Position numbers and translations under genes: made by a program
Shown: positions 28,926 through 37,122 of the stretch, one piece after another
How the letters are laid out: every line of letters begins with the position of its first letter
Position numbering within the stretch: the first letter of the stretch is position 1
Assembly: GCA_027028505.1 (NCBI GenBank)
Contig: JALVJE010000153.1
Location: forward strand, 731-64,730
Source of the DNA: Bacteroidales bacterium
GTDB taxonomy: Bacteria > Bacteroidota > Bacteroidia > Bacteroidales > VadinHA17
Length of the DNA: 64,000 nt
Direction of reading: 5' to 3'
The notes under the pieces: generated by a model
Told to the model about the DNA's origin: nothing
The model's input: the letters and a program-made list of their open reading frames with translations, nothing else
Databases searched by the model: none

Positions 28926-28945
28926 CGTGCTCACCAGAGATGTAT

Positions 28946-28982
28946 AAAAAAAGCTGTCCTGAACAGGGGCAGCTTTTTTTTT
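28946..28982 (+). terminator. Intrinsic terminator of dnaK
   Basis: Hairpin AGCTGTCCTG-AA-CAGGGGCAGCT followed by a T9 run. Confidence 0.8.
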
Positions 28983-29029
28983 ATGTAAATTTACAACCGT
29001 TAAGAACTACTATGCGTTCATAGGGTAAA

Positions 29030-29845
29030 ATGTTTGATATGAAGATCCGCGCATTTCTGTTTTTCCTGCTGACTGTGCCACTCCTCTCCCTGCAGGCACA
29101 GAACATAGCACCTGCCGATACCGTCAACCGCACCGACGCCAACGGTTTAAAGCAGGGATACTGGGAAAAACACAATTCCCGGGGCGTACTTGTGTACCGG
29201 GGCTATTTCGTGAACGGGCAGCCGGTAGGCGAATTCAAAAGATATTTTGATAACGGAAAGATCAAATCCATCCAGTTTTTTCATCCCCACAGCGATACGG
29301 TGGATGTTACTTTCTTTTATATGAACGGTAAACTGGCCGCTACCGGACAATATGTGAACAAAAAAAAGAACGGGGAATGGAAGTATTATTCCTATTACCA
29401 CGACAGCCTCACCTATATTGAAAATTACAGGGATGACATCAAGGACGGCCCCAGTATAACTTTTTATCCCGAAGGGGATACGGCAGAGATCGTTCACTAC
29501 AGGGCCGGGAAAAAAGAGGGTCGCTGGACCCAGTACTATCCGGGAGGACGGCTGAAACTGACAGCTCATTACTCCGCAGATAAGCTGGAAGGGAAATTCT
29601 CCATGTACCAGCCGGATGGCAAGAACCTCCTGGAAGGTACCTACCGGCATGATGTACGGAACGGCAAATGGTACCTTTTCGACAAAAAAGGGGATCTCAT
29701 CCAGACGATCACTTACACCGATGGCATTCCCAACAACCTGGAAGAACTGACACGCCAGCAGAGTGCCCTCCTGGACTCCCTGGAAAAAAACAAAGGAAAA
29801 TTTCTTGATCCTGAAAAATACGGGATCCGGGGCTTTAAAAAATGA
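29030..29845 (+). CDS. MORN-repeat (YwqK-like) protein, secreted
   Basis: Signal peptide. Repeated G.W..Y...G......Y..G...G motifs. Confidence 0.75.
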   Translation: MFDMKIRAFLFFLLTVPLLSLQAQNIAPADTVNRTDANGLKQGYWEKHNSRGVLVYRGYFVNGQPVGEFKRYFDNGKIKSIQFFHPHSDTVDVTFFYMNGKLAATGQYVNKKKNGEWKYYSYYHDSLTYIENYRDDIKDGPSITFYPEGDTAEIVHYRAGKKEGRWTQYYPGGRLKLTAHYSADKLEGKFSMYQPDGKNLLEGTYRHDVRNGKWYLFDKKGDLIQTITYTDGIPNNLEELTRQQSALLDSLEKNKGKFLDPEKYGIRGFKK

Positions 29846-29866
29846 TCCTCTATTCCTGCCATCCGT

Positions 29867-31492
29867 ATGAAACTGATCCTCTCAAGTATCATCTTTCTTC
29901 TGACGATCCCCTTCGGGCTGCCGGGTGGCGCCCAGTCCGGCGGTATTTATACCTTTCACCTGAAAGATAAAAAAGGCTCTCCCTTTACGGTAGAGCGTCC
30001 CGGAGAATTCATCTCTCCCAGGGCCCTGGCACGACGGGAACGTGAACATATACAGGTGACCGGGGAAGACCTCCCCGTTTCACCGGCCTACCTGGACACC
30101 CTGAGATCCCTGGGGCTGGAGATCCATTGCTGCTCCCGATGGTTCAATACCGTCACAGGTCACGTCAGCAATCCCGCCCTGCTGGATATCCTCGGGAAAC
30201 TGAACTTCATTGACAGCATACGACTGGTCAAACCCGATCTCACAAAGAAAAGTATCCGTGACAAATGGCATGAGAAACTCTGGCAGGAAGAGACCCCTGA
30301 TTACTTGCAACAACTGGCCATGTTGAACGGTCCGGCGTTGCATGAAAAAGGATACCGCGGCCAGGGTGTTCTCATAGCTGTGCTGGATGCAGGGTTTTAC
30401 CGCGTGAACGAGCTCCCTGCTTTCGACTCCCTGCGTGCTGCCGGCAGGATCCTCGGCACACGCGACATGGTCGCCCGCAATGCAGATGTGTGGGATGACC
30501 ACACCCATGGCATGAATGTCCTGAGCATCCTGGCCGGGATCATCCCCGGCAGTCTGATGGGCGGCGCCCCCGACGCCTCTTACTGGCTGATACGCACCGA
30601 GGACGTTTTCAGCGAATACCCTGTCGAAGAAGAGTACTGGCTGGCCGGGGCTGAGCTGGCAGACAGTGCCGGCGCAGACATCATCACCTCCTCGCTGGGT
30701 TATTACACCTTCGACGACCCCCGCTTTGATCACACCTACGCCGATATGAACGGCCGCACCACGGTAGCTGCCCGGGCTGCCGTGATGGCTGCCCGCCGGG
30801 GGATCATCGTAGTGAACAGTGCCGGTAACGAAGGCAACAAACCCTGGCATTACATCATCACCCCTTCCGATGCCGACAGCATCCTCGCCGCCGGAGCTGT
30901 AGACATCAACCTGCAACCTTCTTCGTTCACTTCCTACGGCCCCTCCTCCGACGGACGGATCAAACCCGATGTGGCAGCCCTGGGCGTGGGCGTGTACGTA
31001 CAACTGCCCGACGGCACCGTAGGTCGGGGCAGCGGCACCTCTTTCTCAGCACCCCTTATATCAGGGATGACCGCCTGCCTGCGCCAGGCCTTCCCCAACA
31101 TATCAGCCCAGGAGATCATACGAACCGTTCGGGCCTCCTCCAGCCGGTTCACGCACCCCGATGACCTGTTGGGTTACGGGATCCCTGACATGAAAAAAGC
31201 ATGGGACTTACTGTACCTGACAGGAAAACTGAAAGAAGAGAACAAACCGCTTGTATTCCCCACCCCCTGCACCGACAGGCTTTCCATCGCCCTTAAAACC
31301 GAAAAAGAAGAAGAGATATCCGTCACCATCTTTGACCCGACGGGTGCCAGGATACTGGCCATGAAAACCCATGCCTCCCCGGGGATCAACCTGCTGCATA
31401 CCGACCTCTCCTCCCTGTCGGCAGGCACCTATATCGTGGAGGTCATTTATAACGGGAGATCGGTCACACAACCGGTCATCAAGATCAAATAG
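29867..31492 (+). CDS. S8 (subtilisin-family) serine peptidase with C-terminal T9SS-type sorting domain
   Basis: Catalytic triad contexts VLDAGF, HGMNV and GTSFSAP. The last ~80 aa (…LSAGTYIVEVIYNGRSVTQPVIKIK) resemble a Por/T9SS C-terminal domain. Confidence 0.9.
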   Translation: MKLILSSIIFLLTIPFGLPGGAQSGGIYTFHLKDKKGSPFTVERPGEFISPRALARREREHIQVTGEDLPVSPAYLDTLRSLGLEIHCCSRWFNTVTGHVSNPALLDILGKLNFIDSIRLVKPDLTKKSIRDKWHEKLWQEETPDYLQQLAMLNGPALHEKGYRGQGVLIAVLDAGFYRVNELPAFDSLRAAGRILGTRDMVARNADVWDDHTHGMNVLSILAGIIPGSLMGGAPDASYWLIRTEDVFSEYPVEEEYWLAGAELADSAGADIITSSLGYYTFDDPRFDHTYADMNGRTTVAARAAVMAARRGIIVVNSAGNEGNKPWHYIITPSDADSILAAGAVDINLQPSSFTSYGPSSDGRIKPDVAALGVGVYVQLPDGTVGRGSGTSFSAPLISGMTACLRQAFPNISAQEIIRTVRASSSRFTHPDDLLGYGIPDMKKAWDLLYLTGKLKEENKPLVFPTPCTDRLSIALKTEKEEEISVTIFDPTGARILAMKTHASPGINLLHTDLSSLSAGTYIVEVIYNGRSVTQPVIKIK

Positions 31493-31495
31493 GCT

Positions 31496-32866
31496 ATGGA
31501 AAAGAAAACGATCTCTCTGCTTGAGCTCAACCAAAAGATCCGGAATGTCATGGAGACGAACTTCCCCGACACTTACCGGGTAGTGGCAGAGATAAGTGAG
31601 ATCAAAGTAAATGCCCGGGGCCACTGTTATCTGGAACTGATAGAAAAGGCTCCCGACAGTGACCAGCCGGCAGCCAGGGCCCGTGCCATGATATGGGCCT
31701 ATACCTTCCGCATCCTGAAACCCTACTTCGAAACCACCACAGGACAAACCCTCACCGCCGGCATAAAAGTGCTGGTGGAAGCGGAGGTCACCTTTCATGA
31801 AGTATACGGACTGTCGCTGAACATAAAAGATATAGACCCCGCATATACTTTGGGAGAGATGGCAGTAAAAAGAAAAGAGATCATTGAACAACTGCGCAGG
31901 GAAGGTATCCTGGAGATGAACAAACAGCTCCCCTTCCCTCTGGTACCCCAGCGTATTGCCATCATCTCTTCCGAAACCGCCGCCGGATACCAGGACTTCG
32001 TTCATCAGCTGCTGAACCATCCGGGCCGTTATCATTTTGATCTGGAGCTCTTCCCTGCCATGATGCAGGGGAAAGAAGCAGGCGACACCATCATCGCCGC
32101 ACTGGAAACGATCTATAAAAGAGAAAAAAAATTTGATGTGGTGGCGATCATCCGGGGCGGAGGATCCCAGGCCGACCTGAGCAGCTTCGACAACTACAGG
32201 CTGGCTCAACATATTGCCCAGTTCCCCCTGCCGGTGATCACCGGTATCGGCCATGAAAAAGATGAGACCGTAGCTGATCTGGTGGCTTTTGCCGGACTGA
32301 AAACCCCTACAGCTGTGGCTGAATTCATTCTTGACAGGATCAGCAACTTTGAAGAAAAACTGCTTTCTCTGGCTGCAGGGATCAGCTACCGCACCAAAGA
32401 GACACTTACAGCCTATCATCAGGCACTGAAAGATCACGGCTGGAAACTGAAAGAAACCGTACAATCCCACCTGGTAACACAACACCGCAAAATGGACGGC
32501 ATCCTCCGCAAAACGGTTTATTTGTCAAAAAGCCTCCTGGAAAAAGAAAAAAACAAACTGCAACAAAGGAAACTGATCCTGAAAAAAAACGGGGAAATGT
32601 TCATCTCCCTGCATCTGCAGGATCTGATAAATGCCAGGCAGTCTATGGGCAATCTGTACAACAATAATATCACCCGTTTCAACCACCAACTGGAACTGTT
32701 CCGGCAAAGTATCACCCATCTGGATCCAGCCCGTATCCTTGAACGGGGGTACTCCATCACACACTTTCAGGGAAAAGCATTGAAGAACGGGGAAAAAGTA
32801 AAAAACGGAGATATCCTCCACACCCGGTTATATAAAGGCTCAATAACCAGCAAAGTGGTCAAATAA
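31496..32866 (+). CDS. xseA: Exodeoxyribonuclease VII large subunit
   Basis: 456 aa. N-terminal OB-fold region (VVAEISEIKVNARGHCYLELIEK) and central IISSETAAGYQDF ... IRGGGS motif. Confidence 0.93.
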   Translation: MEKKTISLLELNQKIRNVMETNFPDTYRVVAEISEIKVNARGHCYLELIEKAPDSDQPAARARAMIWAYTFRILKPYFETTTGQTLTAGIKVLVEAEVTFHEVYGLSLNIKDIDPAYTLGEMAVKRKEIIEQLRREGILEMNKQLPFPLVPQRIAIISSETAAGYQDFVHQLLNHPGRYHFDLELFPAMMQGKEAGDTIIAALETIYKREKKFDVVAIIRGGGSQADLSSFDNYRLAQHIAQFPLPVITGIGHEKDETVADLVAFAGLKTPTAVAEFILDRISNFEEKLLSLAAGISYRTKETLTAYHQALKDHGWKLKETVQSHLVTQHRKMDGILRKTVYLSKSLLEKEKNKLQQRKLILKKNGEMFISLHLQDLINARQSMGNLYNNNITRFNHQLELFRQSITHLDPARILERGYSITHFQGKALKNGEKVKNGDILHTRLYKGSITSKVVK

Positions 32867-32893
32867 AAAACCTGCTAAACATAACACCTGCAG

Positions 32894-32901
32894 TATTTTT
32901 G
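32894..32901 (+). promoter_or_regulatory. Candidate -7 promoter box (TAnnTTTG) for the kinase-kinase-xseB unit
   Basis: TATTTTTG lies 40 nt upstream of the ATG at 32941. Confidence 0.35.
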
Positions 32902-32940
32902 CGTATATAGAAAGAAATTGTTCTCTTTGCCCTCTGGCAT

Positions 32941-34902
32941 ATGATAAAAAGGAAGGACATACTTATTTCTATTCTCTTGTTTCTGGCAGGAACAATGACC
33001 GTTTCAGCACAGGCTTTCTATCTGGACAGCCTGAACACCCGGCTCCGGACAGCGAATGATTCTGAGAAAGTTTATATTCTGTCTGATCTCTCCCGGTACT
33101 ACATGCGTTACTCTTTGCTTACCAGCATGAAACTGGCACTCGAAGCAAAGAACATCGCCGACAGTCTGGGCAGTGACCGGCTCCGTGCTGAAGCCATCAA
33201 CAGGATCGGCTCCGTACATTATCTGTTCCATAACAATGAAAAGGCTACTGCTTACATCCTCCAGGCCCTGCGTATGAGGGAAAAGCTGCATGATTCCGCC
33301 GGGATCGCTTACTCCTATACCAACCTGGCACTGATCTATGCAGCCAACAACGACTTTGATAAAGCCATTGAATACAACAACAAATCCATCGAGCTGAAGA
33401 AAAAACTGGGCCTGGAAAGCAAGATAGGGGCCAACTACAATAACATGATCAATTTCTATTCGATGAAAGGCGATCTCTCCGAGGCACTTACCTGGGGGTA
33501 CAAAACACTGGACTTCTGCAAAGAACACAACCAGATACGCAGCATCGGAGACTCCTACCTGAACATCGGCAGCGTCTACCACTGGATGGAAAACTATAAA
33601 AAAGCGGAGGAGAACTACCTTGTGTCGCTCCATATAGCCGATTCCATGAACGACACCTCGGCTATCATACAGAACCTGATCAATCTTTCTGCTGTATATC
33701 TGGATCTGAATTCACCGGCCAACTGTTACAAAATGCTCAAACGAGCAAAACCCCTGGTTTTAAAGTATGGCGACCCGATAAACATCAGGGATTTCTATGC
33801 TAATCTGTATCATTACTATCAGAAAAAGGGAGAGGTGGAAAAAGCATGGGAGAACATGAAAAAATATTCGGCCTACGAGGACTCCATCAACTCCGGTATC
33901 TCCCTTGAGAAGATCACCAACATGCAGATCGAGAACAAAGCCCAGGAATTGGAATTTCAGATCCAGACTTTAAAAAGAGACCGCATCATCAAAGAAATGA
34001 CCCTGAAAAAAGAAAGAAGAAGGATCCTTTCTTTTCTCATATTCTTCTTCCTGCTGATCTTCCTGAGTATATACATACTCCTGAGCATCCGTAAACTGCG
34101 CACCCTGAAAAAGGACCTTTCCGACAAGAACCGGAACCTGGAGGAGGCAAATAACAAACTGATGGAGTCGGAGAAAAAACTCGATTCGATGATACGCACA
34201 AAGGATAAGTTCTTCTCCATCATTGCCCATGACCTGATCAACCCTTTCCAGCCGTTGCTGGGTCTCTCCGAACTGCTGGTAACAGATATTGACAAACTGG
34301 GAGACGATGAAATAAAAAAATATGCAGGTCTGATCAAGGAATCGGCGATACGCTCCTACAACCTCCTGAGCAACCTCCTTAAATGGACACAGTCGCAGAC
34401 CGGAAGACTCTCCTACAATCCGGACGACATCTATCTTTCTGAGGTCATTGAAGAAATACTCTCGTTCTATAAAGAGAATGCCCGCATCAAGAATATCCAT
34501 CTTCTTAACCACGTGGACAGAGATCTCATTGTCTATGCAGACAGGGATCTGCTCAGCTCTGTCATCCGTAATCTGATAAGCAATGCCATTAAGTTCACCG
34601 GCCGTAACGGCTATGTAAAGATCGAAGCCAAACGTACGAACGGGTTTATAAGGGTCTCTGTCGAAGACAATGGCATAGGGATAAGCGAAGACAAGCTGGA
34701 TAAATTATTTGAACTTGCCTCTGCCACCTCCACAAAAGGTACGGAAAATGAGGAAGGCAGCGGGCTGGGTCTGATCCTCTGCCGGGAGTTCATTGAAAAA
34801 AGTGGCGGAGAGATCTGGGTACAAAGCAAACCTGGAAAAGGTACTACCTTCTTTTTCACCATACCTTGCCCGGGTAAAAAAAACAAAAAAGATCAAAAAT
34901 GA
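32941..34902 (+). CDS. TPR-repeat sensor histidine kinase
   Basis: Signal/TM segment, TPR-like repeats, coiled coil, TM helix, HisKA H-box FFSIIAHDLINPF, and HATPase N/G boxes (NAIKFT, GSGLGL). Confidence 0.87.
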   Translation: MIKRKDILISILLFLAGTMTVSAQAFYLDSLNTRLRTANDSEKVYILSDLSRYYMRYSLLTSMKLALEAKNIADSLGSDRLRAEAINRIGSVHYLFHNNEKATAYILQALRMREKLHDSAGIAYSYTNLALIYAANNDFDKAIEYNNKSIELKKKLGLESKIGANYNNMINFYSMKGDLSEALTWGYKTLDFCKEHNQIRSIGDSYLNIGSVYHWMENYKKAEENYLVSLHIADSMNDTSAIIQNLINLSAVYLDLNSPANCYKMLKRAKPLVLKYGDPINIRDFYANLYHYYQKKGEVEKAWENMKKYSAYEDSINSGISLEKITNMQIENKAQELEFQIQTLKRDRIIKEMTLKKERRRILSFLIFFFLLIFLSIYILLSIRKLRTLKKDLSDKNRNLEEANNKLMESEKKLDSMIRTKDKFFSIIAHDLINPFQPLLGLSELLVTDIDKLGDDEIKKYAGLIKESAIRSYNLLSNLLKWTQSQTGRLSYNPDDIYLSEVIEEILSFYKENARIKNIHLLNHVDRDLIVYADRDLLSSVIRNLISNAIKFTGRNGYVKIEAKRTNGFIRVSVEDNGIGISEDKLDKLFELASATSTKGTENEEGSGLGLILCREFIEKSGGEIWVQSKPGKGTTFFFTIPCPGKKNKKDQK

Positions 34903-36836
34903 CAGGAAAGATCCTCACCGGCATATTCCTTATTTGCCTGAGCCTTCCCCTGAGGGCACAGACAAATGAGGTGGACAGTCTGAAAGAGATCCTGTCAAAG
35001 AAAGTCTCTGATACCGTGGAAGTACGGGTTGGGCTTAAACTGGCCCAGGAATATCTGTTCACCAACCGGGAGGAAAGCCTCCGTTATGCATATATCGCCT
35101 ATGAGGCAGCACTCAAAACCGGGAATATCAAGGCCATCAACCAGGCCCTGCTGGATATAGGGAATGTTTACTCCGTGGAAAATGCCTATAACACAGCCAT
35201 GGAGTATTACATGAGCATCCTTAAAAATGTCGGAAAATGTAATTGCAAGGATCTCATATCAAAAGCATATATGCAACTGGGCCAGACTTTTATTGAACTC
35301 AAGCAATACGATTCCGCACAGGTGTACCTGACCCGGGCAGCTGAGCTGATGCGCAACCATAACCAGCGGCTGATGCATACAAATCTCCTTTTTATCAGTG
35401 ACGCTGAGCTGAATACCGGACAATACGATTCCGCCTATAAACATATACAGGAATCCCTGGACTGGTTCACCCGGAATAAGGATATCCGGGGGCAGGTCAT
35501 TGCTATGCAATATCTGGCCGGATATTATGACAGACTGGGCGATTACAATGAGGAAGAGAATGTACTCCTGGAGATGATCCCTCTCAGCAGAAAAGCTGGA
35601 TACAATGCTTTCCTTTGCCGGCTTTACAGCATGCTCGCAGCCACTTGCCTGAAAAAGAAAGAGCCATCCAAAGCACATACTTACCTGAACAAAAGTACTG
35701 CATGCATGAAAAAACATGACCTCCCGAAAGTCAGGCTAAAGAACATGAAGCTCTTCTCGGAATATTATGCCACCACAGGCAACTATGACAAAGCAATAGA
35801 ATACACCAATAATTATCTGGATCTCAACGACTCCCTGCGGACAGTCCAACTGAACAACGTAAAAAAACTTTTTGACATCCGCTACGATATGGAGACCAAG
35901 ATCAAATCCCTTGCTCTCCTTAAAAAAGACAACCATATCCGTGAGCTGACCTACAAAAAGAACCTGTTCTTCAAGAATATCACCCGGATATTGCTTATTT
36001 TCTTTGTTGTGATCTTCCTCATCCTCTTCTATGTTTATCTTGAGCAGAAAAGATCACATAAGAAACTGCTGGAAGCCAACCGCAAACTGGAGACTGTACA
36101 TAAAGAACTGGAAAAGAAGAAACTTCAACAAGAACAGGAGAACCAGATCCGCAATAAACTTTTCATGATCCTGGCCCATGATCTGATCAATCCTTTCAAT
36201 GCCCTTCTGGGATTTGCAGAGCTTCTTTCAGAGGAGATCCATAACTTCGAAAGGAAAGATATCAAGAGACACAGCGAATTTATCTTCCAGGCAGCCAAGC
36301 AGCTCCACTTCCTCCTCGAGAACCTTCTGCACTGGGCCCGCATCCAGACCAACCGGATACAATTCCAGCCCACTTATTTCGAGATGAACAAAGCCATGCG
36401 GAATGTCGCGGAAATGTACAGATATATGGCAGAGAAAAAACAGATCAATCTGATGCTACAGTATACAGATGATCTGATCGTATATGGGGATGAGAATATG
36501 ATCACAGTGGTGCTTCGCAACCTCCTCCACAATGCTATAAAATATACGGATAAACTCGGAGTGGTTACCATGGAGGCAACCCGTCAGGATGGCCAGGTGA
36601 CAGTGTCGGTAACAGATACAGGTTGTGGCCTCACTGAGGAAGATAAAAAGAAACTCTTCAATCTGGAATATCATTTCACAAGAAAAGGAACGTCAGGCGA
36701 AGAAGGAACAGGTCTGGGACTGATCATCATCAAAGAGTTCCTCTCTTACCATTCCTCCTCCCTGAAGATCGAAAGCTCGCCCGGTGAGGGCAGCCGGTTC
36801 TCCTTTTCTCTTGCTGTCACCAATAAAACCCAATAA
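34899..36836 (+). CDS. TPR-repeat sensor histidine kinase (paralog of the preceding gene)
   Basis: Same architecture as the upstream gene. H-box LFMILAHDLINPF, NAIKYT, GTGLGL. 4-nt ATGA overlap with the upstream kinase. Confidence 0.87.
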   Translation: MTGKILTGIFLICLSLPLRAQTNEVDSLKEILSKKVSDTVEVRVGLKLAQEYLFTNREESLRYAYIAYEAALKTGNIKAINQALLDIGNVYSVENAYNTAMEYYMSILKNVGKCNCKDLISKAYMQLGQTFIELKQYDSAQVYLTRAAELMRNHNQRLMHTNLLFISDAELNTGQYDSAYKHIQESLDWFTRNKDIRGQVIAMQYLAGYYDRLGDYNEEENVLLEMIPLSRKAGYNAFLCRLYSMLAATCLKKKEPSKAHTYLNKSTACMKKHDLPKVRLKNMKLFSEYYATTGNYDKAIEYTNNYLDLNDSLRTVQLNNVKKLFDIRYDMETKIKSLALLKKDNHIRELTYKKNLFFKNITRILLIFFVVIFLILFYVYLEQKRSHKKLLEANRKLETVHKELEKKKLQQEQENQIRNKLFMILAHDLINPFNALLGFAELLSEEIHNFERKDIKRHSEFIFQAAKQLHFLLENLLHWARIQTNRIQFQPTYFEMNKAMRNVAEMYRYMAEKKQINLMLQYTDDLIVYGDENMITVVLRNLLHNAIKYTDKLGVVTMEATRQDGQVTVSVTDTGCGLTEEDKKKLFNLEYHFTRKGTSGEEGTGLGLIIIKEFLSYHSSSLKIESSPGEGSRFSFSLAVTNKTQ

Positions 36837-36838
36837 CC

Positions 36839-37063
36839 ATGGCAAAGAAACAACTTACCTATGCCGAAGCTATTGCTGAGCTTGAAGAGATCCTTGCCGG
36901 AATAGAAAAAGGGGAACCCGATGTCGACGATCTGACACGCCATGTTAAAAGAGCTGCTTATCTCCTACGCTACTGCCAGTCAAAACTGCACAAAGCCTCC
37001 TCCGAAGTGGAAGATATCCTGAAAAGCCTGGAAGAAGATACGGAAACAGCAGAGGAAAGCTAA
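36839..37063 (+). CDS. xseB: Exodeoxyribonuclease VII small subunit
   Basis: 74 aa. LTYAEAIAELEEILAGIEKGEPDVDDL is typical of XseB. Starts 2 nt after the kinase stop. Confidence 0.85.
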   Translation: MAKKQLTYAEAIAELEEILAGIEKGEPDVDDLTRHVKRAAYLLRYCQSKLHKASSEVEDILKSLEEDTETAEES

Positions 37064-37066
37064 CAC

Positions 37067-37116
37067 GCTGCACGGAAACACCCTGCAACCTGCACCTAGC
37101 ACCCAGCACCCTCCCC
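37067..37116. repeat. Heptanucleotide tandem array (about 7 units, CNNGCAC type) between convergent xseB and aspA-fusion genes
   Basis: GCTGCAC GGAAACA CCCTGCAA CCTGCAC CTAGCAC CCAGCAC CCTCCCC. The run is not perfectly in phase, because CCCTGCAA has 8 nt. Confidence 0.8.
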
Positions 37117-37122
37117 CTTCTC

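Noticed and set aside
27330-28934. 534-aa ORF antisense to dnaK
   Set aside because: It lies entirely opposite an unmistakable dnaK gene. Long antisense frames in hsp70 genes are a known codon-bias artefact. The translated sequence is low-complexity with no motifs.
31208-32485. 425-aa ORF antisense to xseA, and similar long antisense ORFs at 50116-51243, 57198-58115, 1561-2610, 47860-48855, 30080-31003 and 4053-5147
   Set aside because: Each lies opposite a gene with strong motif support, and none has its own recognisable motif. This genome's codon usage evidently keeps antisense frames open.
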